DNA from: Microbacteriaceae bacterium
GTDB lineage: Bacteria; Actinomycetota; Actinomycetes; Actinomycetales; Microbacteriaceae
NCBI GenBank assembly: GCA_035555435.1
Contig: DATMGN010000017.1
Coordinates: 10,775-74,774, forward strand
Direction: 5' to 3'
DNA: 64,000 nucleotides
The notes below the pieces were generated by a model, which was given only the letters and a program-made list of their open reading frames with translations, was not told where the DNA came from and searched no databases. Made by a program: the position numbers and the translations under genes. Positions 56,580 through 64,000 of this stretch are shown one piece after another; the first letter of the stretch is position 1; each line of letters starts with the position of its first letter.

Positions 56580-57257
56580 ATGCCACGTAGAGGACTGCCC
56601 GAGGAGGGCGCGGGTGAGATCGCTGCCGTGTTCAAACGGCAAGATCGCCGTCTTCGCATGTTGGAGATGCCGACTGGGGAGCAGTTGGCTCGTGCGCTGG
56701 AGAAGGTCCAGCAACTCATCACGGATCTGCCGGGACTGGTTGCAGCAGCAGCGACGTCGTTCCTGTCGACCGGCTTCACGACGGGGAGTATGACGGCGAC
56801 GGGGGATGTGACGTCCGCCACGGGCACTGTCACCGGGGCATTCCACAACCCGAACATCATCACGAACCAGATCACCACCCCGCGCACGAGCGTGTGGGCG
56901 CAGGACTCGGACGGGCTACTCGGCTGGGCGTCGTCGTCGCGCACGCAGAAGGACAACATCCGGGATTCCGGCGTCGACCCCCGCGCAGTGCTTCAGATCA
57001 GCTCTGTCTTGTTCAACTACAAAGCCGAGCTCGAGAAGCACGCCCTCGACCCCGAGTACGTCGTCGCCGACGAGTTCGGCGCGATCGCTGAGGATCTCCA
57101 CGACCTCGGGCTCGGCGTCGTCGTCGACTACTGGCCTGACGGGTCACCGCGAGGCATCAACTACACGATGCTCGGACTGCTCGCAGTCGAAGCCGCGAAG
57201 CACCTCGACGCGCGGCTGACTGCGGTTGAGGGTCGTCTGGACGCTGCGGGGCTCTAG
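56580..57257 (+). CDS. tail fibre protein with C-terminal S74 intramolecular-chaperone peptidase domain
   Basis: ATG 56580 after GAGGAG. ...LGWASSSRTQKDNIRD...INYTMLGLLAVEAAKHLDARL... Confidence 0.65.
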   Translation: MPRRGLPEEGAGEIAAVFKRQDRRLRMLEMPTGEQLARALEKVQQLITDLPGLVAAAATSFLSTGFTTGSMTATGDVTSATGTVTGAFHNPNIITNQITTPRTSVWAQDSDGLLGWASSSRTQKDNIRDSGVDPRAVLQISSVLFNYKAELEKHALDPEYVVADEFGAIAEDLHDLGLGVVVDYWPDGSPRGINYTMLGLLAVEAAKHLDARLTAVEGRLDAAGL

Positions 57258-57631
57258 TCCTCAAGCCACGCGACGCACTGATCGCCCTCGCCGTACTTCA
57301 CGCACTGTTGGCCTTGGTCGTTCAGATCGTGGCAGTTCGACTCGTTGCCGTACTCGTCCACGTGGTTGGCGATCGTCCCTTCCGGGCATAGCACCGGCTG
57401 GGGTGGCACCTCGACCTGGACCGGTTCAGGCGCTGGCACGGCGACCTCGACGACCGGTTCCGGCGTCGGAGTCGGTGTGGCCTTCGGTGCGGGGGTGACT
57501 TCCGCGATCTGAACCACGGTCGGGGTCGGTTCCGGTGCTGGGGTTTGCCCGCCGAGCGCGAACGCGGTCGCACCCGCGGCGATGACCAACGCACCACCAC
57601 CGGCAATACCGCCGATCAGCCAACGATTCAT
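57254..57631 (-). CDS. reverse-oriented membrane-anchored Pro-rich / Cys-rich protein (moron)
   Basis: MNRWLIGGIAGGGALVIAAGATAFALGG, Pro/Thr/Glu/Val linker, C-terminal CPEG...NCHD...QCVKYGEGDQC. Start may be GTG at 57652. Confidence 0.6.
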   Translation of the reverse strand: MNRWLIGGIAGGGALVIAAGATAFALGGQTPAPEPTPTVVQIAEVTPAPKATPTPTPEPVVEVAVPAPEPVQVEVPPQPVLCPEGTIANHVDEYGNESNCHDLNDQGQQCVKYGEGDQCVAWLED

Positions 57632-57674
57632 GCGGCCGAGTGTACGCCGCACTCACGACAAGAGGGAGTACCCA

Positions 57675-58835
57675 ATGACGCTAGGTGATGGTTTCCCCGC
57701 CGGTAGCGGCACCGTCGACTCGACCGAACTGCGGAAGGCCCTCGCCGGACTAATCCTGCGGGACACGTCCGGGAACGCTCGCGCAGGCATCTTCCCTGCA
57801 CACACGTCCGCGCTCGTCACGGCGAAGGCATCCATGGCGGTCGACGTCGCCGCGTTCACTGGCTGCACGGTGCGTGGTGGTGGTCCGATCTTCATGGCGA
57901 ACGACGGCACCGTCACCGTCAGTGTCGATGCGGCACCTGGATCGAACTCCCGCATCGATGTCGTCTACTTCAAGCAGAACGAGTCCGCCTCCCCGTATTC
58001 GGATGCGAATGACAATCCGGTCTTCGGGGTGGAGAAGGGCACCGCGGGCGCTGTCCCGGTGAAGCCCACCATTCCCACGGGTGCGGTCGAGCTTGCAACG
58101 ATCCTCATCCCGTCCGGGGTGTCGGCGACGAACGCAGGCGGCGTGGTCATCACGCAAACATTCCCGTTCACCGCAACCACAGGCGGACCCATCTGGGTCC
58201 GCAACGCAACCGAACGCGGCGCACTCAGCACCTACCCGGCAGGCACCCGAGTACGGCAACTCGACACTGCACACACGTACGAAAGCAACGGCACGGTATT
58301 GACCACCGTCGAGGCCGAAACACGGATCCTGCCCACGTCAGTCGCCGGCACGGGTGTGACGTTGGACACGGCAGCCGCCATCGTCGCGTTCACCGCCTCG
58401 TCCTCGATCTCCATCAACGGATGCTTCACCGCGGAGTTCAACGAGTACCGGATCATCATCGACATCGCGTCGGCTTCAGCAGGCGCATCGATTACGTTCC
58501 GCTTCCGCGCGTCTGGCACTGACCTGTCCTCATCCTCCTACTCGCAGCTCATCGAAACTGTGTCCGGTACGTCGATCGCGGTCACCTCGCCAGCCACTGC
58601 GACCTCCGGCCGGTTCGGTCAAACCCAGACCACCGGAGCGCACATTGTGGCCAGGGTGACCCGTCCTGCTTCCACCGCGAACCCGAAGCTCGCATACGGC
58701 GACACGGACGACCCGACCCCAGTGAAGCAGCGCGTGACGAACTCGATCGCCTCGGCCACGTCGTTCGACGGAATCACGATCATTCCGTCTACGGGGAACA
58801 TCACTGGAACCGTTCGCATCATCGGAATCCGCTAG
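57675..58835 (+). CDS. minor tail / receptor-binding protein
   Basis: ATG 57675 after AGAGGGAG. 386 aa, Thr/Ser/Gly/Ala-rich beta-type sequence. Confidence 0.6.
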   Translation: MTLGDGFPAGSGTVDSTELRKALAGLILRDTSGNARAGIFPAHTSALVTAKASMAVDVAAFTGCTVRGGGPIFMANDGTVTVSVDAAPGSNSRIDVVYFKQNESASPYSDANDNPVFGVEKGTAGAVPVKPTIPTGAVELATILIPSGVSATNAGGVVITQTFPFTATTGGPIWVRNATERGALSTYPAGTRVRQLDTAHTYESNGTVLTTVEAETRILPTSVAGTGVTLDTAAAIVAFTASSSISINGCFTAEFNEYRIIIDIASASAGASITFRFRASGTDLSSSSYSQLIETVSGTSIAVTSPATATSGRFGQTQTTGAHIVARVTRPASTANPKLAYGDTDDPTPVKQRVTNSIASATSFDGITIIPSTGNITGTVRIIGIR

Positions 58836-59488
58836 TGCGAATCCAGCTACTCCGACCAGCACCGGGACACGTTTCGACGACGTTCGCGGAACATGCGGCC
58901 CGTGCTGTTGTCTACCTGTTCTGCGGCATTGACTTCGGCTGGTCGACGTCGGCGGACTGGCGAGTCACAGCTGCCACATCTGGTCGAGTGATCTTCGCCG
59001 GCTACTCCGGCAAGGACTACGGCAACCTCGTCGTCATCGACCACGGCAACGGGATCACGACCTGGTATGCCCACCTCGACTCGTTCACCGTGACAGTCGG
59101 TCAGATGGTCGTCGCCGGACAGCACCTCGGCGTGATGGGTTCCTCCGGGAACGCCAAGGGACGGCACTTGCATTTCGAGTTGCGGATCAACGGTGTGCAG
59201 GTCGACCCGGAACCCTATTTCGTCAACTCAATCCTCGATTTGGAGAAGGCCATGTATGCAGTTCGGAACAAGCGTGGGTCGATCTGGCTCATCTCGGGTG
59301 GTTCGGTTGTCGTGCCGATGAACGGGGCCCAGTGGGCGGCGGTCGGTAAAGCGTTCCCTGGTCTGCCGCTCGTCCAGTTCGACACTGACGCTGACGCTGA
59401 CAAGTTCGTAGCGTCATTCGCCGGCTCGACGAGTGTGACGCAGTTCACGTTGGTGCCGTCCGGTCAGATCGACCTCGTCGCGAAGTAG
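58835..59488 (+). CDS. M23 family metallopeptidase endolysin
   Basis: ...GNLVVIDHGNGITTWYAHL...GSSGNAKGRHLHFELRINGVQVDP... Confidence 0.85.
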   Translation: MRIQLLRPAPGHVSTTFAEHAARAVVYLFCGIDFGWSTSADWRVTAATSGRVIFAGYSGKDYGNLVVIDHGNGITTWYAHLDSFTVTVGQMVVAGQHLGVMGSSGNAKGRHLHFELRINGVQVDPEPYFVNSILDLEKAMYAVRNKRGSIWLISGGSVVVPMNGAQWAAVGKAFPGLPLVQFDTDADADKFVASFAGSTSVTQFTLVPSGQIDLVAK

Positions 59489-59497
59489 GAGGAACCC

Positions 59498-59755
59498 ATG
59501 TCTGAGATCATCCCCAGTCCGGTGAAGCTTGCTGCGAAGCGCGCGTTCATCCGCACACTCGCGCAGGGGTACGCGACCACACTCGGCGGCACGGTCGTGT
59601 CGGTGCCGATCATCCTCGGACTCATCCAGGGCACGGAAGCATGGGTGCCGATCATCGTCGCCGTCGCCGTCGCTGTCGTGTCGCCGTTCATCGGTGCTGC
59701 GGCCGCGTACTTCGGAATGCTGCGCGACGGCATCCCCGACGAGTACAAGGGCTGA
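59498..59755 (+). CDS. holin (two TM)
   Basis: 85 aa. ...GGTVVSVPIILGLI...WVPIIVAVAVAVVSPFIGAAAAYF. Follows the lysin. Confidence 0.65.
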   Translation: MSEIIPSPVKLAAKRAFIRTLAQGYATTLGGTVVSVPIILGLIQGTEAWVPIIVAVAVAVVSPFIGAAAAYFGMLRDGIPDEYKG

Positions 59756-59757
59756 GC

Positions 59758-59991
59758 GTGAGCGAGGGTCTCGCGGTCGCGATCATCTCCGCGATCGTCG
59801 TGGCGGGCGGCGCGGGGCTGACGTTCATCACGACGCAGCTCGTACGCCTCAACCGCCGGATCCAGAAGCTCGAGAAACGCGACCGTCTCTCGTGGCTGTA
59901 CATCCGCTCACTGATTGATCACGGCTATAAGCACGCCCCGCACGTTCCGCTGCCTGAGCCGCCCGAAGGTTGGCTCGAAGACACTGAGTAG
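59758..59991 (+). CDS. single-TM lysis-cassette membrane protein
   Basis: GTG 59758. VSEGLAVAIISAIVVAGGAGLTFITTQLVRLNRRIQKLEKRD... Confidence 0.5.
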   Translation: MSEGLAVAIISAIVVAGGAGLTFITTQLVRLNRRIQKLEKRDRLSWLYIRSLIDHGYKHAPHVPLPEPPEGWLEDTE

Positions 59992-60005
59992 CATCTGCAC
60001 GACAT

Positions 60006-60049
60006 CGCCCCGCGCGACTTGACTTCGGTCGGTCGCGCGGGGCGTTTTT
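60006..60049 (+). terminator. rho-independent terminator of the late/lysis operon
   Basis: 13-bp perfect stem CGCCCCGCGCGAC / GTCGCGCGGGGCG followed by TTTTT. Confidence 0.8.
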
Positions 60050-60109
60050 CGTGTTCCCGGACAAAGCCGCTTGTTAGGACGCTCCCCGCGCCCGACCGTG
60101 CGGTATGAG

Positions 60110-60184
60110 TGGAGCCCTCGGTCAGGATTGAACTGACGGCCTTCCCATTACGAGTGGGATGCTCTACCACTGAGCTACGAGGGC
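60110..60184 (-). tRNA. phage-encoded tRNA-Thr (anticodon CGT), CCA encoded
   Basis: Manual cloverleaf: GCCCTCG-TA-GCTC-AGTGGTA-GAGC-A-TCCCA-CTCGTAA-TGGGA-AGGCC-GTCAG-TTCAATC-CTGAC-CGAGGGC-T-CCA. All four stems are fully paired. Confidence 0.92.
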
Positions 60185-60197
60185 GCGGTCCACGATC

Positions 60198-61052
60198 CTA
60201 CGCGGCGAGGCGTTCCGTTTCCAACTCGGCGGGGAGTTGCAGCACGTTGCTCGCCTCCTGCATCTTCCAGCCGCTGACGAGCGTGTAGATCTGCGTCGAC
60301 TGCACCGACTCGTGGCGCATCATCTCCTTCACCACGATCACGTCGATACCGTTCTCTAGGAGTTCGGTGGCGTGGTAGTGGCGCAGCGAATGAGGGGTGC
60401 TCCTGACCCCGGCGACGACCATCACATGGTGAATGGATGAGTGGACGGCTTTGCGGCTGACGTGCGGACTGTCGCCCTGGTAGGCGGGAAACCATAGGCC
60501 CTCACGCGGGAACCCGGCATTGGTCGCGTAGTCCTCCACGACGTGGCTGAGCGGAATCGGTTTTGTCTTCCCACCCTTGGACGGCACCCATACGACGCGC
60601 GCACCCCAGTCGATCCATGAGCCGTCGAACGCGGCGATCTCGAACGTGCGTAGGCCCATGAACGCGGCGAGGAGGATCATCATCCGCCCGCGTCGGCGCT
60701 TCACATGCGCGAGCATCGCGGCGAGCTGCGCGGGGGAGACGGGGTGGGGCACACCCTTGGGTCGGCTCATCACCGGCACTTCGTCCATCGGGTTCGTGCG
60801 CCGACGCTTAGACGCGACGAGCCACGCACAGTAGGACCGGAGTGCGGTTTGGTATGTCCACCGGGTGACGGCTGCGAGTCCTTTGCGTCCAAGGAATGCG
60901 ATGAGTTGCGCGGACGTGAACTTGAGCGGGTGCGCGCCGGAGAACGCGATGAACTGGCGCAGGATTCGCTCGCGTTCGGTGATGGTTCGTTCGCTCAGAT
61001 GTTTGACCTGTTGCCAGGCGCGCCAGTCGGCGCAGACGCGGTCAACGTGCAT
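60198..61052 (-). CDS. int: tyrosine recombinase / phage integrase
   Basis: 284 aa. ...HSLRHYHATELLENG...VQSTQIYTLV (HxxR...Y). C-terminus ...ELETERLAA. Confidence 0.92.
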   Translation of the reverse strand: MHVDRVCADWRAWQQVKHLSERTITERERILRQFIAFSGAHPLKFTSAQLIAFLGRKGLAAVTRWTYQTALRSYCAWLVASKRRRTNPMDEVPVMSRPKGVPHPVSPAQLAAMLAHVKRRRGRMMILLAAFMGLRTFEIAAFDGSWIDWGARVVWVPSKGGKTKPIPLSHVVEDYATNAGFPREGLWFPAYQGDSPHVSRKAVHSSIHHVMVVAGVRSTPHSLRHYHATELLENGIDVIVVKEMMRHESVQSTQIYTLVSGWKMQEASNVLQLPAELETERLAA

Positions 61053-61226
61053 GGGTCCTCCCTCGGGTCGGCGGATGTCAGGAGGCTAGGTCGGCGCGGC
61101 ATAGCGACACACGCCCAATAGGGGGGTTAGATTCGGGACCGCCCGCTCAGATGGGGTCCAGGACCTCTATGCGACCCGTGATCCGATCCAGGGTCCGATA
61201 GCGACCTCTCGGGGAGTGGTGGCCTT
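61053..61226. promoter_or_regulatory. attR phage arm (P arm of attP) with short repeats
   Basis: WWGCGACM at 61101, 61169 and 61198. GGTCC-A-GGACC palindrome at 61155-61165. GGGTCC at 61053, 61154 and 61191. Confidence 0.35.
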
Positions 61227-61265
61227 GTAATGAGAAGGTCGTGGGTTCGATTCCCACAGGCGGCT
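61227..61265 (+). pseudogene. 3' half of host tRNA-Thr(CGT) (attR core plus anticodon-stem 3' strand, variable loop, T arm, acceptor 3' strand)
   Basis: GTAA-TGAGA-AGGTC-GTGGG-TTCGATT-CCCAC-AGGCGGC-T. AGGCGGC pairs with GCCGCCT at 25304-25310 and TGAGA with TCTCA at 25330-25334. Confidence 0.85.
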
Positions 61266-61293
61266 CCCTTAGTCTCGAACGGATCACAAGGGA

Positions 61294-62532
61294 GTGATAC
61301 CGATGTCGGGTGAGTTCCGCCGATACCTCTTTGCCCATGGCGACGAACGCCTGAGCGGCATCCGCGACGCCGACCCGTACGAGTACCGCGAGCTCGCGAA
61401 GCTCGATCCGTTCACGGGCGGTCTGATCCGCAACTGGGCTCCGCTCTATCCGGCCGAGTTCCGCGGGATCACGACCGATGGCGTTCTGATCCCCGATCTC
61501 TTCCCCATCGACGCGCCGGTCGACCCGGAGGAGGTCGCGCCGACCGCCGAGATGGTCGAGGCGGCCGAGGCGCTGCTCGCGGCGGTCGCGCCCGAGGACC
61601 TGTCGCGCCTGCGCTACCCCGTCGACGCGGTCGAGTGGCAGTCATGGTCGAACCCCGAGTTCATGATCCACGACACGGGGCTGCGCCTGGAGTTCCAGCC
61701 GGAGGCGGTGCGCGAGGCGGTGCTCGACCTCGTCGGCGCGAGCCTCGGCAGCGAGGGCCTGCGGCAGGTGCGCACACTGATGCGGATCAACGGCTTCCTC
61801 GGCGAGGTCAACGACCTGCAGAACGTCATGAACGAGTTCTCCTACCATGTCGCCCTCTACGGCGAGCCCTCCCTCACCGAGCCGTGGGGCTGGCAGCTGT
61901 TCGGCCACCACATGGCGACGAACTGCTTCGTGTGGGGTGACCGGCTGACGCTCACGCCGACGTTCCTCGGCGCCGAGCCGAACGAGATCGACGACGGCCC
62001 CTTCAAGGGCTCGAGCGTCTTCACGGGGCGGATCCGGCTCGCGCGCGAGCTCATCGCGAGCCTGACGGATGAGGAGCGGGCGGCCGCGCGGTCGTTCGAG
62101 GAGATGGTCGCGCCGGAGATGTCGGACGGCCGGGTCGACCCGGGCGACGAGCGGCACCTCGGCGGCGCGTTCCAGGACAACCGCGTCGTGCCGTACGAGG
62201 GCCTGCGGGTGCGCGAGCTCGCGGAGGACTCGCAGGATCTGCTCCTCGCGCTCGTCGCGGAGTCGCTCACCCATTGGCCGGAGGGCCCGGCGAAGGCGCG
62301 CCTGCGGCAGGTGCGCGAGCACCTCGACGACACGTGGTTCGACTGGATCGGCGGCTTCGGACCCGACGACCCGTTCTACTACCGGATCCAGAGCCCGGTC
62401 GCGTTCTTCGAGCTCGACCATCACTGCGGCGTCTTCCTCAGCAATCGTCACCCGGCGGTCTTCCACATCCACACCGTCGAGCGCACACCGAACGGCAACG
62501 ACTACGGTCGCGCGTGGCTCCGGCAGCGCTAG
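61294..62532 (+). CDS. DUF3500 domain-containing protein
   Basis: 412 aa. ...WGWQLFGHHMATNCFV..., ...FYYRIQSPVAFFELDHH... Confidence 0.65.
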   Translation: MIPMSGEFRRYLFAHGDERLSGIRDADPYEYRELAKLDPFTGGLIRNWAPLYPAEFRGITTDGVLIPDLFPIDAPVDPEEVAPTAEMVEAAEALLAAVAPEDLSRLRYPVDAVEWQSWSNPEFMIHDTGLRLEFQPEAVREAVLDLVGASLGSEGLRQVRTLMRINGFLGEVNDLQNVMNEFSYHVALYGEPSLTEPWGWQLFGHHMATNCFVWGDRLTLTPTFLGAEPNEIDDGPFKGSSVFTGRIRLARELIASLTDEERAAARSFEEMVAPEMSDGRVDPGDERHLGGAFQDNRVVPYEGLRVRELAEDSQDLLLALVAESLTHWPEGPAKARLRQVREHLDDTWFDWIGGFGPDDPFYYRIQSPVAFFELDHHCGVFLSNRHPAVFHIHTVERTPNGNDYGRAWLRQR

Positions 62533-62593
62533 GCGATCGGGGGGTGCCCCAACCGCCTAGTGTGGTGGTCGCGGGGGAATGCGAGGAGGCGGC

Positions 62594-63826
62594 ATGTCGC
62601 AGCGGGATTCCGTGAGGACGAGCTTCTGGCTGCTCATCGTCACCGTGATGATCGTCGCGGCGAACCTGCGCACGACCGTCCAGGGCGTCGGCTCGCTCAT
62701 CGACCAGATGGGCGCGGACACGGGCCTGACGCCGACGGCGCTCGGGCTGCTCGCCTCCCTGCCGCTGCTCATGTACGCGCTCGTCTCGCCGCTCGCGCAC
62801 GCGATCAGCCACCGCTTCGGGATGAACCGGACGACGCTCGCGACGCTCGTCGTGCTGCTCGCGGCGACGGTGCTGCGCTCGGTCGACGCGGGGCTCGTAC
62901 CGTTGTGGGCCGGCACGGTCCTGACGGGCGCGGCGATCGCGGTCGCGAACGTGCTCATGCCGGCGGTCATCAAGCACTGGTTCCCGGACCGGCTGCACAC
63001 GGTCATGCCGGTCTACACGGCGGTGCTCGCGGGCACCGGTGCGGTCGCCTCCGGGCTCGTGGTGCCTATTTCGCATGTGGCCTGGTCGGACGGCGAGGCC
63101 GGCTGGCGCTTCGCGCTGCTGACGACCGGCATCCTCATCGTGCCGGCGATCGTGATGTGGCTCATCGCGATGCGCCGGACGGGGCCGGACCGGGTGGCGG
63201 GCGAGCCGCAGGAGCCGCGGCGCAAGGGCATCTGGGCCGACCCGGTCGCCTGGCTCGTCGCGCTCTATATGGGCTTCCAGGGCGCCGCGTTCTACATGCT
63301 CGTCACCTGGCTGTCCCCCCTGTCGATCTCCTACGGGACGGGGGAGGTGCAGGCGGGCGTCGAGGTCATGGTCATGCAGCTGTTCTCGCTCGGCGGCTCG
63401 CTCTCGGTGCCGTTCCTGCTGCGTGGCTGGGGTCGACGCTGGGTGCCGGCGCTTGTGCCGTTCCCGGGGATCGTCGGTCTCGTCGGGCTCATGATCTGGC
63501 CGGCGTCGGCGTGGCTGTGGAGCCCGCTGTTCGGATATGCCTCCGGCGCGATGTTCGCGATCTCGATGTGGCTCATGGCCGACCGCGCCCGTAACCGCAC
63601 GGACGCGACGTCACTGTCGGGCATGGCGCAGTCGGCGGGCTACCTCATCTGCGGGATCGGGCCGATCGCGTTCGCCGCGCTGCACACCGCGACGGGCGGC
63701 TGGGTGCTCTCGCTGTGTCTCGCCGCGGTGTGCATGGTCGGGCTCGTGGTGGTCGGCTTCCTGCTGCGCGATCACCGCTACGCGCTGGACGGCCGCGCGG
63801 CGGCAGAACGCGAGTCCCGGGCCTGA
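62594..63826 (+). CDS. MFS transporter (CynX/NimT-like)
   Basis: ATG 62594 after GAGGAGG. About 12 hydrophobic segments. Confidence 0.75.
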   Translation: MSQRDSVRTSFWLLIVTVMIVAANLRTTVQGVGSLIDQMGADTGLTPTALGLLASLPLLMYALVSPLAHAISHRFGMNRTTLATLVVLLAATVLRSVDAGLVPLWAGTVLTGAAIAVANVLMPAVIKHWFPDRLHTVMPVYTAVLAGTGAVASGLVVPISHVAWSDGEAGWRFALLTTGILIVPAIVMWLIAMRRTGPDRVAGEPQEPRRKGIWADPVAWLVALYMGFQGAAFYMLVTWLSPLSISYGTGEVQAGVEVMVMQLFSLGGSLSVPFLLRGWGRRWVPALVPFPGIVGLVGLMIWPASAWLWSPLFGYASGAMFAISMWLMADRARNRTDATSLSGMAQSAGYLICGIGPIAFAALHTATGGWVLSLCLAAVCMVGLVVVGFLLRDHRYALDGRAAAERESRA

Positions 63827-63897
63827 GCGCCCCTCGCGTCGCGCCGCCGCGGGATGGTTCGGTGGCGTACTGTCAGGTTCCCTGGCATTCTTATCGC

Positions 63898-64000
63898 ATG
63901 CCGCAACGAAGCGAGATCACGTTCCTCTACCTGCTCAAGCGGGCGGAACTCGCGGCGAAGAAGCGCCTCGAGGAAGTGCTCGAGCCCTTCGACATCACGG
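63898..64000 (+). CDS. MarR-like transcriptional regulator, N-terminal fragment (runs off right edge)
   Basis: MPQRSEITFLYLLKRAELAAKKRLEEVLEPFDIT. Only 34 codons are visible. Confidence 0.35.
   Translation, partial: MPQRSEITFLYLLKRAELAAKKRLEEVLEPFDIT

Larger units (their letters stand above)
25338..61233. mobile_element. integrated temperate siphovirus-type prophage (~35.9 kb), apparently complete
   Basis: Bounded by the 7-bp direct repeat GTAATGA inside the two halves of one tRNA gene. Repressor at the left end, tyrosine integrase at the right end, full early/structural/lysis modules. Visibly lower G+C than flanking DNA. Confidence 0.92.

Noticed and set aside
61147-61338. 63-aa minus ORF across the tRNA 3' half
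   Set aside because: It reads antisense through tRNA sequence and spans the prophage/host boundary. Its frame differs from the predicted viral repressor extension.

Overview
High-GC actinobacterial (Microbacteriaceae-like) chromosome carrying one complete ~35.9 kb temperate siphovirus-type prophage. Host left arm (1-25300): class A PBP fragment, DUF4177, RidA, MurE-like ligase, GNAT, acs, DUF385 reductase, a Tad/Flp pilus-like locus (tadA, fused tadB/C, DUF4244, two TadE-like genes) interrupted by a VAO-type flavoprotein, then topA-tmk-holB, a lipoprotein hydrolase, a Liv-type ABC transporter operon, a three-domain RidA fusion and a TetR regulator. The prophage (25338-61233) runs repressor, Xis/Cro-like, early genes (RecE/RecT, two orphan DNA methyltransferases, four HNH endonucleases, SSB, exonuclease, cytidylyltransferase), then TerL, portal, protease, capsid, glycosyltransferase, connectors, chaperone with frameshift extension, tape measure, tail tip and fibres, M23 lysin, holins, a phage tRNA-Thr(CGT) and a tyrosine integrase. 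Host right arm: DUF3500 protein, MFS transporter, MarR-like fragment. Main result: the prophage sits in the anticodon loop of a host tRNA-Thr(CGT), whose halves lie 35.9 kb apart and are not rebuilt. The phage carries its own intact tRNA-Thr(CGT) next to int. The crossover core lies inside the repressor ORF, predicting a 118-aa viral and a 100-aa prophage form, and Int ends in -RLAA. This matches the integration-dependent immunity layout, here coupled to tRNA disruption and replacement. Many long antisense ORFs in the track are GC-skew artefacts. No CRISPR array, IS element or rRNA was seen.
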